16,306 bases of DNA from Fidelibacterota bacterium. Its GTDB lineage: Bacteria > Fidelibacterota > Fidelibacteria > Fidelibacterales > Fidelibacteraceae. The DNA lies in assembly GCA_034723415.1 (NCBI GenBank), contig JAYEOX010000073.1, forward strand, positions 1-16,306. The letters run 5' to 3'. The position numbers were made by a program, and so were the translations under genes. The notes beneath the pieces were generated by a model that searched no databases, had not been told where the DNA came from, and was given only the letters and a program-made list of their open reading frames with translations. This document shows positions 7,349-16,304 of this stretch, one piece after another. Every line of letters begins with the position of its first letter. The stretch's first letter is position 1.

Positions 7349-8351
7349 ATTGATCTTTCCTCATAATATTTTCAATCACTAAAATTATATTGTTTAAAGA
7401 ATTTATTTGGCTTGTTTTTATTCTTTTATCGGCTTCAACAATTGAATTTATGCCTTGTAAAAGTTGTGCTTTTGAATAATTTTGAGTGTATCCTTTCATC
7501 TTATTTAATTGTCTTGTATTATATACATGTATTATTCTACCGGTGGAAATATCATCATTAATTCGTGGATCTTTTAAAACACTTAATCCCCAAATAAAAT
7601 TATAGAGTGTTATCAACATATAAACATCATTGAATCCTTTGGAAATTAAATTTTCTAAAATAATTATTGCTTCAGATTTGTCTCTTTTACCGATTGACTC
7701 CAGCAGATCATTGATTTTATTTGTTTTGGAATATCCTGCAATGAAACGAACATTTTCATCGGTTATTGTTTGTTCAGTGTTTAGGTATATTTTTAGTTTA
7801 TCCAATTCGTTGGACAAATCTGATAAATTCGTTCCAACGATTTTTATTAGTTGATCGATTGCAGAATTTGTTATTTTTCTATCATCGTTATTTAAATAAT
7901 TTTTTATCCAGGCAGGTATTTCATTTTCAAATGGAGATGTTATCATTAGTGTTGTGGATTTTGCCTTAATATCTTTTAAAAATTTATTTCTATAATCAAT
8001 TTCCGGTGCAATTAATACAAGAATATTTTCTTTGATCGGCTTTCCTAAATATTTTTTTAATAGCTTTTTTGAAGGGTTCTTAAATTTTTTAATATCATTT
8101 AGAATAATTAATTGTGGTTTTTGAAACATTGAAATGGAGTAGAGAATGTTTTGTAAATTGGAAGCATCCAATTCGTTTGCATATTTTATTTTTTTATCTA
8201 TTGTTCCATTTCTATTTTTGAATGAATCAGCTAATACATGAATAAAATTTTCTTTTAGGTAAAAATCATCACCAAATAGGAAATATACAGGCCTAAATTG
8301 TCCTGCTTCAATATTTTGTAATTCTTTAAAATAGTCAGAAAACCAACTCAT
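7341..8351 (-). CDS. holA: DNA polymerase III subunit delta
   Basis: PVYFLFGDDFYL N-terminal motif, SMF...LIIL, GTNLSDLSNELDKL, ADKRIKT C-terminal motif; 336 aa. Confidence 0.92.
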   Translation of the reverse strand: MSWFSDYFKELQNIEAGQFRPVYFLFGDDFYLKENFIHVLADSFKNRNGTIDKKIKYANELDASNLQNILYSISMFQKPQLIILNDIKKFKNPSKKLLKKYLGKPIKENILVLIAPEIDYRNKFLKDIKAKSTTLMITSPFENEIPAWIKNYLNNDDRKITNSAIDQLIKIVGTNLSDLSNELDKLKIYLNTEQTITDENVRFIAGYSKTNKINDLLESIGKRDKSEAIIILENLISKGFNDVYMLITLYNFIWGLSVLKDPRINDDISTGRIIHVYNTRQLNKMKGYTQNYSKAQLLQGINSIVEADKRIKTSQINSLNNIILVIENIMRKDQFE

Positions 8352-8468
8352 ATATATTTTTGCCTACTCATGTATTTTTTAATATCATATAAAATAACCC
8401 AACCCATAAATCAATTAAATTTAACAATTTTTATTAACAATTCAAATTAATTATTGCACTGATAGATA

Positions 8469-9272
8469 TTAGTTAAATGCTAACACGATAAAACCCAATA
8501 ATACACAATAATAAGAAAATATGTAAAATTTTCCTTTTAACAAACTATATAAAATCCATTTGATCGCATAATAACCGGTAATAAAGGCAATTATCGTACC
8601 AAGTAGTATTGGCCTCCAATCAATTGCAGAAGCTCCAATAATATTTTTTGTTTCTAAAATCGTTGCTCCAAAAACAAGTGGTAAAGCTAATATAAAAGAG
8701 AACCTTGCGACCTTTTTTTTGTCAATGCCCAGAAATAATCCGGTAGATATTGTGCTCCCGCTACGAGAAATCCCGGGAATAATTGCTAATGCTTGAACAA
8801 GACCAATTATTATTGATTTCAATAAATTAAATTTTTTATTTTTATTCTCTGCCCACTGTGTTAGAAATAATACAGTACCTGTAATTATTAAAGCAATTCC
8901 CACTGCATTAACATTTTGAAATAAATTTTCGAAAAAATCTTTAAAGAATACACCAGCAATTCCTGCAGGGATCATTGCAATTAACATATAAATACTCAAA
9001 GCGAAATATTCATCATTTTTCATATTTTTACGATAATTTGTAATTTTCCAAAAATTTTTAAAAAAAGCAAGTAGTATTTTTTGTATTTCTTTTCTGAATA
9101 CAACCAATACACTTAAAAAAGTTCCAAAATGAAGAAAGACCTCCATAGTAATACCGGGGTAGTTAATTCCAAATATTTCGCTAACCAGTACTAAATGTCC
9201 GGAACTGCTAACTGGTAAAAATTCAGTTAATCCCTGTGTTATTGCTAATAATATTACTTTTAAATAACCCAT
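8469..9272 (-). CDS. uppP: Undecaprenyl-diphosphate phosphatase (BacA family)
   Basis: QGLTEFLPVSSSGH and PGISRSGST signature motifs; multi-TM, 267 aa. Confidence 0.97.
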   Translation of the reverse strand: MGYLKVILLAITQGLTEFLPVSSSGHLVLVSEIFGINYPGITMEVFLHFGTFLSVLVVFRKEIQKILLAFFKNFWKITNYRKNMKNDEYFALSIYMLIAMIPAGIAGVFFKDFFENLFQNVNAVGIALIITGTVLFLTQWAENKNKKFNLLKSIIIGLVQALAIIPGISRSGSTISTGLFLGIDKKKVARFSFILALPLVFGATILETKNIIGASAIDWRPILLGTIIAFITGYYAIKWILYSLLKGKFYIFSYYCVLLGFIVLAFN

Positions 9273-9313
9273 AAAATATTGATCCTAATGTTTTTTATTA
9301 TTTATTAATTAAA

Positions 9314-11392
9314 TTATTCTCTTTCTAAAACGATAATTCTATTGTTTTTAAATTGTAGAAAATTCATTGAGGTATTTACTCTGGGTTTTCTGGATGTAAA
9401 ACTTATTTTTCTAATGGGCCCGATAAATGTATCTAAATCAGACAGAGCATTTTTTATTTCCTCTTTATTACGATTTCCGGATTCGATCAGATTTAATAAT
9501 AAAAGCATTGTATCATAGCCGTAAAGTCCTACTCTTGTCGGTGGTTTTCCATTAATTTCTCTATATTCTTCCAATAACTTATCGTTCTCATTTTTCCCTT
9601 TAAACCAAAGATGATCAGAGATAAAAATTATTTCATTAACATATTTTCCATATTTGTTTAAAATATCGGTGTTAAACCAAGTTGCATCGCCAAGATATTG
9701 AGCTATAAAATCATATTTAGCTATTTGTGGAGCGACATATTTAATATCTTCCCTTGGAATTGCAAGATAAATTCCACTTTTGCCAATTATTGATAATATG
9801 TTGTTACTATCAGGATTAGAATTCATTATATTTTTGATCGAGTCGATATAATTAAAGTATGTAAAAGCAGAATCATCATAAGAAAAATATTTTTCCAATG
9901 TATCAATCGAGTTTATTGTAAATATTGAATCCGAATAGAAATTATTATTTTTAGCAATTAGTGATTGAAGAGAATCAATAAGTAATGTATCATTTTGGGC
10001 AAATAATGTTTGAAGAGAATCAATGAGTAATGTGTCTTTTTGGGCGATTAATGTTTGTAGAGAATCAATAAGAAATAAGTTATTTTGGATGATTAATGTT
10101 TCTAAAGAATCGATAAGCAAGAAATCATTATTTATAAATTCATAAGTTAGACTATCTACTTCTATTATTCTGTCAAATTCACTTCTAATGTCTTTCGGAG
10201 TTCCTTGATACCAAATGTTCTCAATTATTTTTCCCTCTTTTTTTTCTACTGTTTTATTAAAGCTATTTATCATTGCACGACCGTATTCATTGCTGGGAGC
10301 AATAGTGATAAAATCATTTAAATTCAACTCATTAATTGAATAATCAGCTATAGCATATCCTCTTTCATCTTGATCCGGACTTAGTTGAAATATATATTCT
10401 CCCATATTGCCCAATCCGTTTTCTGTGGCGGTTGGAGTAAGCATTGGAAGTTTCATAATATTACAAATTGGGGACATCGCAATTGCCGATTGGCTTGATA
10501 AAGGTCCAATGATAGCTATACAATTTTTTATTTGACTAAGTTGATATGTCTGTTTTATCGCCTTTTTTGTATCACTTTCCGTATCGAATATTGTTAGATT
10601 AATTTCAGTGGAAATTTGATTTTTGTATTTGTTTAGAGCTAACTTAATTCCATCTAAAATGTTATTTCCGTGAATAGAATTTGGGCCGGATAATGGTAAA
10701 ACAACACCAATATTTATTTCTTCAGTATTGCTATTAGTTAAATTTTGTTTTAGATTTTTTAAATATGTTTTACTAAAATAATCAATTTGATCAATTTCTT
10801 TTTCGGTTTTTTTTATTGTTTTTTTTGCTTTTTCGAATTTACCGGCATTGATATATTTTTCGATTAATAATAATTTAATGAAGATATATTGATTTTTTGT
10901 TTTGGTCAATGACAATATTTTTTCTAAATCATTTTCAGATAAAAATGCGTTACTAATTTTTTTAATAAATTTTTTAATATCATTAGCAAAATTAAGTTCA
11001 TTTGTTAATGATTCTGCTTCAATTGCCGGTAAAATTGCTGTGCTATAACTATTTTTGTTAACAAATGATTGAGATTTAATAAAATAAATATCTGCCAAAT
11101 AACGACTTGTAGGAAAATATTCTCCGAATATTCTGCTAAGTGTAATTGCCGAATTGTAATTATTTAATTTATAATGACATTTTATTTTCATAAATAAAGC
11201 TACAGAAGAGTATTGATCATTTCGAATATTATTTAAATCGAATGTTTCTTCTAATTTAGTAAGTGCATCATAGTAGTTTTTATTTTGATACATTCTTACT
11301 GCATCATCAATGTTTCTTTTTGAGTTATTAGTTGCAAAAGAAAATGATATTATGGAAGTAATTATTATAAAAATTATTGTTATTTTTTTCAT
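9314..11392 (-). CDS. Secreted TPR-like + type I periplasmic binding domain protein (LpoA / ABC substrate-binding-like) with repeat insertion
   Basis: Signal peptide; helical TPR-like N-terminus (YFPTSRYLAD); IGVVLPLSG, IIGPLSS, PMLTPTA, YIFQLSP, GYDTMLLL motifs of the LivJ/LpoA C-terminal fold. Confidence 0.8.
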   Translation of the reverse strand: MKKITIIFIIITSIISFSFATNNSKRNIDDAVRMYQNKNYYDALTKLEETFDLNNIRNDQYSSVALFMKIKCHYKLNNYNSAITLSRIFGEYFPTSRYLADIYFIKSQSFVNKNSYSTAILPAIEAESLTNELNFANDIKKFIKKISNAFLSENDLEKILSLTKTKNQYIFIKLLLIEKYINAGKFEKAKKTIKKTEKEIDQIDYFSKTYLKNLKQNLTNSNTEEINIGVVLPLSGPNSIHGNNILDGIKLALNKYKNQISTEINLTIFDTESDTKKAIKQTYQLSQIKNCIAIIGPLSSQSAIAMSPICNIMKLPMLTPTATENGLGNMGEYIFQLSPDQDERGYAIADYSINELNLNDFITIAPSNEYGRAMINSFNKTVEKKEGKIIENIWYQGTPKDIRSEFDRIIEVDSLTYEFINNDFLLIDSLETLIIQNNLFLIDSLQTLIAQKDTLLIDSLQTLFAQNDTLLIDSLQSLIAKNNNFYSDSIFTINSIDTLEKYFSYDDSAFTYFNYIDSIKNIMNSNPDSNNILSIIGKSGIYLAIPREDIKYVAPQIAKYDFIAQYLGDATWFNTDILNKYGKYVNEIIFISDHLWFKGKNENDKLLEEYREINGKPPTRVGLYGYDTMLLLLNLIESGNRNKEEIKNALSDLDTFIGPIRKISFTSRKPRVNTSMNFLQFKNNRIIVLERE
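9914..10162 (-). repeat. In-frame 45-bp (15-aa) tandem repeat inside the LpoA-like CDS
   Basis: Asp-Ser codon pairs at + positions 9926, 9971, 10016, 10061, 10106, 10151 (exact 45-bp spacing); central units LIDSL(E/Q)(T/S)L(I/F). Confidence 0.92.
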
Positions 11393-11402
11393 TGTATTCT
11401 TT

Positions 11403-12197
11403 TTAATTTTCTACGGATTTATATGAAAAGTTAAATTTTTTAATCGTTTTAATGTTATCATAATCGGTCAGATCAAATTGAAGTGGAGTTATTGAAATGT
11501 GATTTTCTTTTACAGCACTTTCATCTTTTAAAGTAGATTCGTTAAACATTAATTTTTCACCAGTCATCCAATAATATGTCCGATTTTTTGGATCTGTTCG
11601 TTCATACAATATTTCTTTCCAGCGAGTATTTCCTTGTTCTGTGACTTTAACTCCTTTGATTTCCGAATGATCTTTTACATTAGGCACATTAATATTTAAC
11701 AGTGTTCCTTTGGGTAAACCTTTTGTTAAAACTTTTTTAACTACCTGTTTAATGAAATGTCCGGCAGGTTTATAATTTGGTTCTGTATAAGTATCTAAAC
11801 TTATTGCAATTGAAGGAATTCCCATTATTGTTCCTTCGGCTGCACCCGAAACCGTACCGGAATATAAAACATTATAACCTGTATTGCTTCCTAAGTTAAT
11901 TCCTGAAACAATTATGTCAGGCGGTGTTTTTAAAATTGAGCTAATAGCTAATTTCACACAATCAGCAGGGGTTCCTTCTACGGCAACGCCAAAAAATTTG
12001 TCTTTATAGTAATGATCAAAAACCGGAAGTGGGTTGTTTAGTGTAATTCCATGCCCGGTAGCACTCTTTTCCTTGTCGGGTGCTACGATAGAAATATTCC
12101 CGATATTCTCCAAAGATTCTTTCAATACCAACAATCCTGGAGCAGTAATTCCATCATCATTGATAAGTAGGATATGTGGTTTTTTATTTTGTTTCAA
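11403..12197 (-). CDS. surE: 5'/3'-nucleotidase SurE
   Basis: ILLINDDGI, GTPADCV, SGINLGSNTG, YSGTVSGA, LLNINVP motifs; TTG start. Confidence 0.97.
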   Translation of the reverse strand: MKQNKKPHILLINDDGITAPGLLVLKESLENIGNISIVAPDKEKSATGHGITLNNPLPVFDHYYKDKFFGVAVEGTPADCVKLAISSILKTPPDIIVSGINLGSNTGYNVLYSGTVSGAAEGTIMGIPSIAISLDTYTEPNYKPAGHFIKQVVKKVLTKGLPKGTLLNINVPNVKDHSEIKGVKVTEQGNTRWKEILYERTDPKNRTYYWMTGEKLMFNESTLKDESAVKENHISITPLQFDLTDYDNIKTIKKFNFSYKSVEN

Positions 12198-12203
12198 GAT
12201 AAA

Positions 12204-12836
12204 TTATTGTCTCCATTTTTTTGGTTTATATTCCTGTCCATAATTTAATTGTATTTTCCCGTAATCAATAGTAGAATATTTTTTTGTTTGATTTAAATAA
12301 TATTCTCCGATTATAGATGGTAAAATTGGTGTATATATTGTTTTAATATCATCTATTTTTAAATTTTCTTTATTAGTAAATATTATATCACAATTAGAAT
12401 AATTATTTTCAAATTCATTGATCTTAATGAATTTTATTTTACTTTCTGTGGGAGTAGCGGTAAAAATATAGTCGCGATGTGAATGAAATATAAAAACCGG
12501 TAATTTATAATTTGTGATTTTCTCGGATTGATTTGCCATATATGCCATTATTGTGTTAACAGGTGCGATTGGAATTTTATATGGAAATGCCAACCCAACG
12601 GCAAAGCTCATTCCAATACGTAAACCCGTAAATGAACCCGGACCGTTAGAAATGGTAATTAGATCAATATTTTTAATTTCCAAATTGTTGTTTTTTAATA
12701 AATTTTCAGTTAATTCAACCAATTTTTCTGAATGAATACGAGGTTGATCAAGATAGATTTCATCAATTAATTTTCCATTTTTATGAAAAGCCAAACCGCA
12801 AATTGACGAGGATGTTTCAAATGATAATATGTTCAT
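12204..12836 (-). CDS. tsaB: tRNA threonylcarbamoyladenosine biosynthesis protein TsaB
   Basis: ILSFETSS, HSEKL, GPGSFTGLRIG; adjacent to tsaE. Confidence 0.94.
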   Translation of the reverse strand: MNILSFETSSSICGLAFHKNGKLIDEIYLDQPRIHSEKLVELTENLLKNNNLEIKNIDLITISNGPGSFTGLRIGMSFAVGLAFPYKIPIAPVNTIMAYMANQSEKITNYKLPVFIFHSHRDYIFTATPTESKIKFIKINEFENNYSNCDIIFTNKENLKIDDIKTIYTPILPSIIGEYYLNQTKKYSTIDYGKIQLNYGQEYKPKKWRQ

Positions 12837-12858
12837 AAGTTTACAATAAAGATCTTGT

Positions 12859-13329
12859 TTAAATTTTCGATTTAGTATTGTTGTTCATTTCTATTTTTAT
12901 TATCCTTTCATTATTATTTTTACTATTATGCTCAAAATTAATAAAAATTGTATTATCAGGCAAGAAATCTAATATTTTTTCCGGCCATTCAATTAGAATT
13001 ATTCCCCCAAGATCAAAATATTCTTCAATTCCTAAATTAAAAAGTTCTTTTGTATTATTTATTCGATAACAATCAATATGAAAGATAGGAATGTCGCCGG
13101 TATATTCATTTATTATTGTATAAGTAGGGCTTGTAACATTTTCGAGAACATTAAAATATTTGCAGAATCCTTTTGTGAAAGTTGTTTTGCCCGAAGCCAA
13201 ATTTCCTAATAAAGCAATAATATCGCCAGAATGAGTTTTTGAAGCAAGTTCATAAGCAATATTTTCTGTTTTTTTTGAAGAATCAGATATTATTGTTTCT
13301 ATAATTTTTTTATTATTTTTCGTATTCAT
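12859..13329 (-). CDS. tsaE: tRNA threonylcarbamoyladenosine biosynthesis ATPase TsaE
   Basis: GNLASGKTTF P-loop, VTSPTYTIINEY, HIDCYR, LIEWP. Confidence 0.97.
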   Translation of the reverse strand: MNTKNNKKIIETIISDSSKKTENIAYELASKTHSGDIIALLGNLASGKTTFTKGFCKYFNVLENVTSPTYTIINEYTGDIPIFHIDCYRINNTKELFNLGIEEYFDLGGIILIEWPEKILDFLPDNTIFINFEHNSKNNNERIIKIEMNNNTKSKI

Positions 13330-13345
13330 ATTTTAATATCTGATT

Positions 13346-14911
13346 TCATTTCTTTGGATTTAGAATTGCAACGGGTAAAAGCATTTCATCCATTGAAATT
13401 CCACCATGTTGAAAAGTACTTTTATATATGCTTTTATATTTTCTATAATTATTTGGATAAAGGAAAAAATAATTATCTTTTGCAAAAACAAAATTGTTCG
13501 CTATATGTGTAAGAGGGAGTTTAAAATCATTTGGATTTTTTACGTGTAAGGCGGTTTTATTATCAATTTTTAGATTACGTCCTACTTTAAATCTAACATT
13601 GTCAGATGTAGTTTTGTCTGCTTTTACTATTGTGCCTTCTTCTACATTTGTGCTGCCATGATCAGTTGTTACAACAATAGTAAATCCAAGTTCAGCTGCT
13701 TTTTCAAATAATTTTTTAATATAAGAATGTTTAAACCAATTTTTAACTACATTTCGATAACTTGCTTCATTGGGTATGATCTCTTGTAATATATCTGATT
13801 TTGAGCGTTTATGTGTTAACATATCAACAAAGTTGACCACCATCGCAATTAAATTATTATTATAGTCAGAAAATTTAGAATAAATTTGTTTACCAAACTC
13901 GGCATTGTTGATCTTTATATATTTTGTACCATTTTTAATATTTAAATGTGCTTTTTGTAAATATCTATTGAGTAATTGCTTTTCTTTGCTATTCATACTT
14001 TCATCACTCTCAGGATTTGCATAAATGTCAGGATAAATTTTATTTATTTTATCCGGAAAATCACCTGCAAAAATCGCATTTCTACTATATGGTGTTGCTG
14101 TTGGTAAAATACTTAAATGAGAATGTAGTTCAATATCAAAAGTGTCATATAATAAAGGTTCAATAAATGACCATTGATCATATCGCATACAATCAATAAC
14201 AACAAATAAAACCTTCTTGTCGTTTTCCAGAAGTGGTTTTAAAAATGTATTTAAAATATCGGGAGACATAGGAATATCAGCATTTCCATCAACCCAATTT
14301 TTGTAATTATTCATAACCAACTTTTGAAATTCTTCATTTGCGCTTTGTTTCTGCTCACTTAGTATATTTTGTAAATCATATTGAGGGTTGTCATCAAATT
14401 CCATCTCCCATTTTATCATTGTTTTATGAATATTTACCCATTTTTCTAATGAAGTAATTCCCGAATTAATATCTTGACTCAATTTTGTGAAGTACTGCAT
14501 ATAATTCTGAGCTTGTGTAGCACGAGTAATGTTTCGACTTTCCAAATTCTTTTTTAATGACAAAAGAATTTGTGATGGGTTGATGGGTTTGGTAAGATAA
14601 TCGGAAATTTTTTGTCCAATTGCATTTTCCATTAATGATTCTTCTTCATTTTTTGTGATCATAATAACCGGCAAAGCAGGACGCAATACCTTAATTTTTT
14701 CTAATACAGCTAATCCGTTTAAACCATCCATCATTTCATCAAGAAGCACCGCCGAGATATAGGTGCTTTTTATTATTTCTAAAGCATCAACACCATTTGT
14801 TGCTGTTTTTATCTGATAACCTTTCTCTTCTAAAAACATTATATGTGATCTTAAAAGTTCTATTTCGTCATCGACCCATAAGATTATAAATTTATTTTTA
14901 TTTGATTTCAT
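13346..14911 (-). CDS. porX: PorX-like response regulator (REC + PglZ alkaline-phosphatase-family domain)
   Basis: Receiver motifs WVDDE, LLDEMM, MITK, YLTKP; PglZ-like IDCMRYD, LPTATPYSRNAIFAG, DMLTH, TTDHG, FQHGGISMDEM; 521 aa; directly upstream of tsaE as known for Bacteroidota porX. Confidence 0.9.
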   Translation of the reverse strand: MKSNKNKFIILWVDDEIELLRSHIMFLEEKGYQIKTATNGVDALEIIKSTYISAVLLDEMMDGLNGLAVLEKIKVLRPALPVIMITKNEEESLMENAIGQKISDYLTKPINPSQILLSLKKNLESRNITRATQAQNYMQYFTKLSQDINSGITSLEKWVNIHKTMIKWEMEFDDNPQYDLQNILSEQKQSANEEFQKLVMNNYKNWVDGNADIPMSPDILNTFLKPLLENDKKVLFVVIDCMRYDQWSFIEPLLYDTFDIELHSHLSILPTATPYSRNAIFAGDFPDKINKIYPDIYANPESDESMNSKEKQLLNRYLQKAHLNIKNGTKYIKINNAEFGKQIYSKFSDYNNNLIAMVVNFVDMLTHKRSKSDILQEIIPNEASYRNVVKNWFKHSYIKKLFEKAAELGFTIVVTTDHGSTNVEEGTIVKADKTTSDNVRFKVGRNLKIDNKTALHVKNPNDFKLPLTHIANNFVFAKDNYFFLYPNNYRKYKSIYKSTFQHGGISMDEMLLPVAILNPKK

Positions 14912-15063
14912 ATTTTACAGTTCCTTTTTTCTTTTAAGTATATAGCGAAATATAAGAAAAAATGTTCCAAATAATAACATATTTAATTGTTTTTTATATA
15001 ATTTAAAGTTACATTTTGTGATGGAATATTTAAAAATACTATTATTAAATAATTGAGGTAAAA
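14912..15063. promoter_or_regulatory. Divergent intergenic region likely holding promoters for the porX gene run and the thioesterase
   Basis: 152-bp AT-rich gap between divergent starts; GAGG SD at 15055-15058. No specific -10/-35 boxes assigned. Confidence 0.45.
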
Positions 15064-15450
15064 ATGCCAAAAAAATATACAAAATGTTTTGCATGCGGAA
15101 TTGACAATCCAATTGGTCTGAAATTAAAATTCTATTATAAAAATAAATTTGCAATCGCGAAATTAAAACTCAATGAACATTATTGCGGTTATCCAAATAT
15201 CATTCACGGTGGAATTATTAATACGATATTAGATGAAGCAATGGCGAAAATTATTATTTATAGTGAAGGCGAAGCTGTAACTTATGAAATGACAACAACT
15301 TATAAAAAACCAGTTAGCTCAATGACAGAATATGAAGTTAAAGGTAAAATTATTAGTGTTCGCCGAAAAATTATAAAATCCGAAGCAACTATTAGTGATG
15401 AAGCAGGTAAGTTATTTGCTAAAGCAGAGGCGACTTTTTTTAAGGTTTAA
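15064..15450 (+). CDS. PaaI-family hotdog-fold thioesterase
   Basis: CFACGIDNPIGLKLKF and GYPNIIHGGIINTILDEAM motifs; 128 aa. Confidence 0.93.
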   Translation: MPKKYTKCFACGIDNPIGLKLKFYYKNKFAIAKLKLNEHYCGYPNIIHGGIINTILDEAMAKIIIYSEGEAVTYEMTTTYKKPVSSMTEYEVKGKIISVRRKIIKSEATISDEAGKLFAKAEATFFKV

Positions 15451-15560
15451 GATATTAATAAATTCAGATGGTTAATATTGCTATTTATAATATTCTTTAA
15501 AAAAATACTTGAAGTTCGTGATACAGCAAACTTTGATAAAAATGGATTTGAAGCATTTAT

Positions 15561-15690
15561 TTGTAACGTTGAGTATATGAAAAGTAAGCGAGTTCGAAGT
15601 ACAAATCTTTCAAGTTACAAAAATGTTCAAACGGGCTATAAACCTTGATACTACTACTATCTCGCTTATTTTTTATATACATTGTTATCC
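15561..15690 (-). mobile_element. attC-like imperfect palindrome (putative gene-cassette recombination site)
   Basis: 20-bp inverted arms gtatatgaaaagtaagcgag (15573-15592) / ctcgcttattttttatatac (15661-15680), 18 Watson-Crick + 2 G:T pairs on the + strand; outer TAAC (15564-67) / GTTA (15684-87) set off by a 5/3-nt internal loop; begins 8 nt after the CPBP stop codon. Confidence 0.72.
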
Positions 15691-15698
15691 GTAGTAAT

Positions 15699-16304
15699 TC
15701 AAAAGCCAATCTTTGTAATTATAGAAAACAAATTGTTCAAACCGTCCACTCCTGAGTGTACAAATACACATGGGATCAAATTTCTTGTTCTTTCCCAAAG
15801 CACTCCAAACATAATTCCAATGAATGTCTGCAAAAAGAATGCTCTACAAAAAGCTTCACCAATTGTTGTTTCGGGGTACCATTGCATAATGCCATGAATA
15901 TGACCTAACCCGAAAATAAGTGAAGTAATTAAAACTCCGCTAACACTTGATTTGAGCAAATATGAAATCCTTGACTGAATAACTGCTCTAAAAAAAAATT
16001 CTTCGGAGAAACCTGCCATCAGGAAAAAATAAATAAAAGATGAAAATAATCCGATTCCAACCTGAGGAGCACTATATTTTCCGCTAAGAATTTCACCACC
16101 TGTATTACTAACAAAAAAAGCATTTGGAATAGCCAATGCCAGAAAAATAATAAAACCAATCCAAAGATTTCTTTTCCAGTCTTTGCTTGTAAGCCCCATA
16201 GATGCCAGTGAATTTTTTCGGAACTTCAAAAACAGAAAAGGTAAACCTGCAAATATTATTGTTTTCTTTATAATAAGTCCAATATTCCATTTATCTCCAA
16301 AATC
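15699..16304 (-). CDS. CPBP family intramembrane glutamic endopeptidase (CAAX protease/Abi-like), 5'-partial
   Basis: EEFFFR, FGLGH and HSGVD motifs; the frame stays open upstream of the track's TTG 16229 to the window edge (DFGDKWNIGLIIKKTIIFAGLPFLF), so the true start lies outside. Confidence 0.92.
   Translation of the reverse strand, partial: DFGDKWNIGLIIKKTIIFAGLPFLFLKFRKNSLASMGLTSKDWKRNLWIGFIIFLALAIPNAFFVSNTGGEILSGKYSAPQVGIGLFSSFIYFFLMAGFSEEFFFRAVIQSRISYLLKSSVSGVLITSLIFGLGHIHGIMQWYPETTIGEAFCRAFFLQTFIGIMFGVLWERTRNLIPCVFVHSGVDGLNNLFSIITKIGF

Noticed and set aside
8348..8371. 7-codon upstream ORF (MSRQKYI) whose TGA overlaps the holA ATG
   Set aside because: Present in the sequence but expected by chance at this length; no SD or conservation evidence.
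5392..13069. Short ORFs of 60-78 aa overlapping the called genes (5392, 6082, 6575, 7026, 7630, 7766, 12034, 12553, 12878)
   Set aside because: Overlap well-supported genes, almost all antisense; no family motifs.
13346..14911. BREX defence system suggested by the PglZ domain
   Set aside because: PglZ is fused to a receiver domain (PorX architecture) and no brxC/pglX/brxL genes are present.
14915..15154. 79-aa minus-strand ORF upstream of porX
   Set aside because: Overlaps the thioesterase antisense and covers the AT-rich divergent promoter region; low-complexity translation.
15451..15648. Open frame continuing after the thioesterase stop into the attC-like hairpin (possible readthrough or interrupted gene)
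   Set aside because: Thioesterase is complete at a TAA stop; no recognisable homology or clear start. An interrupted target gene cannot be excluded without a search.
15682..16290. ORFs 15682-15897 (+) and 16108-16290 (-)
   Set aside because: Antisense or alternate-frame overlaps of the CPBP gene, whose own frame is open to the window edge.
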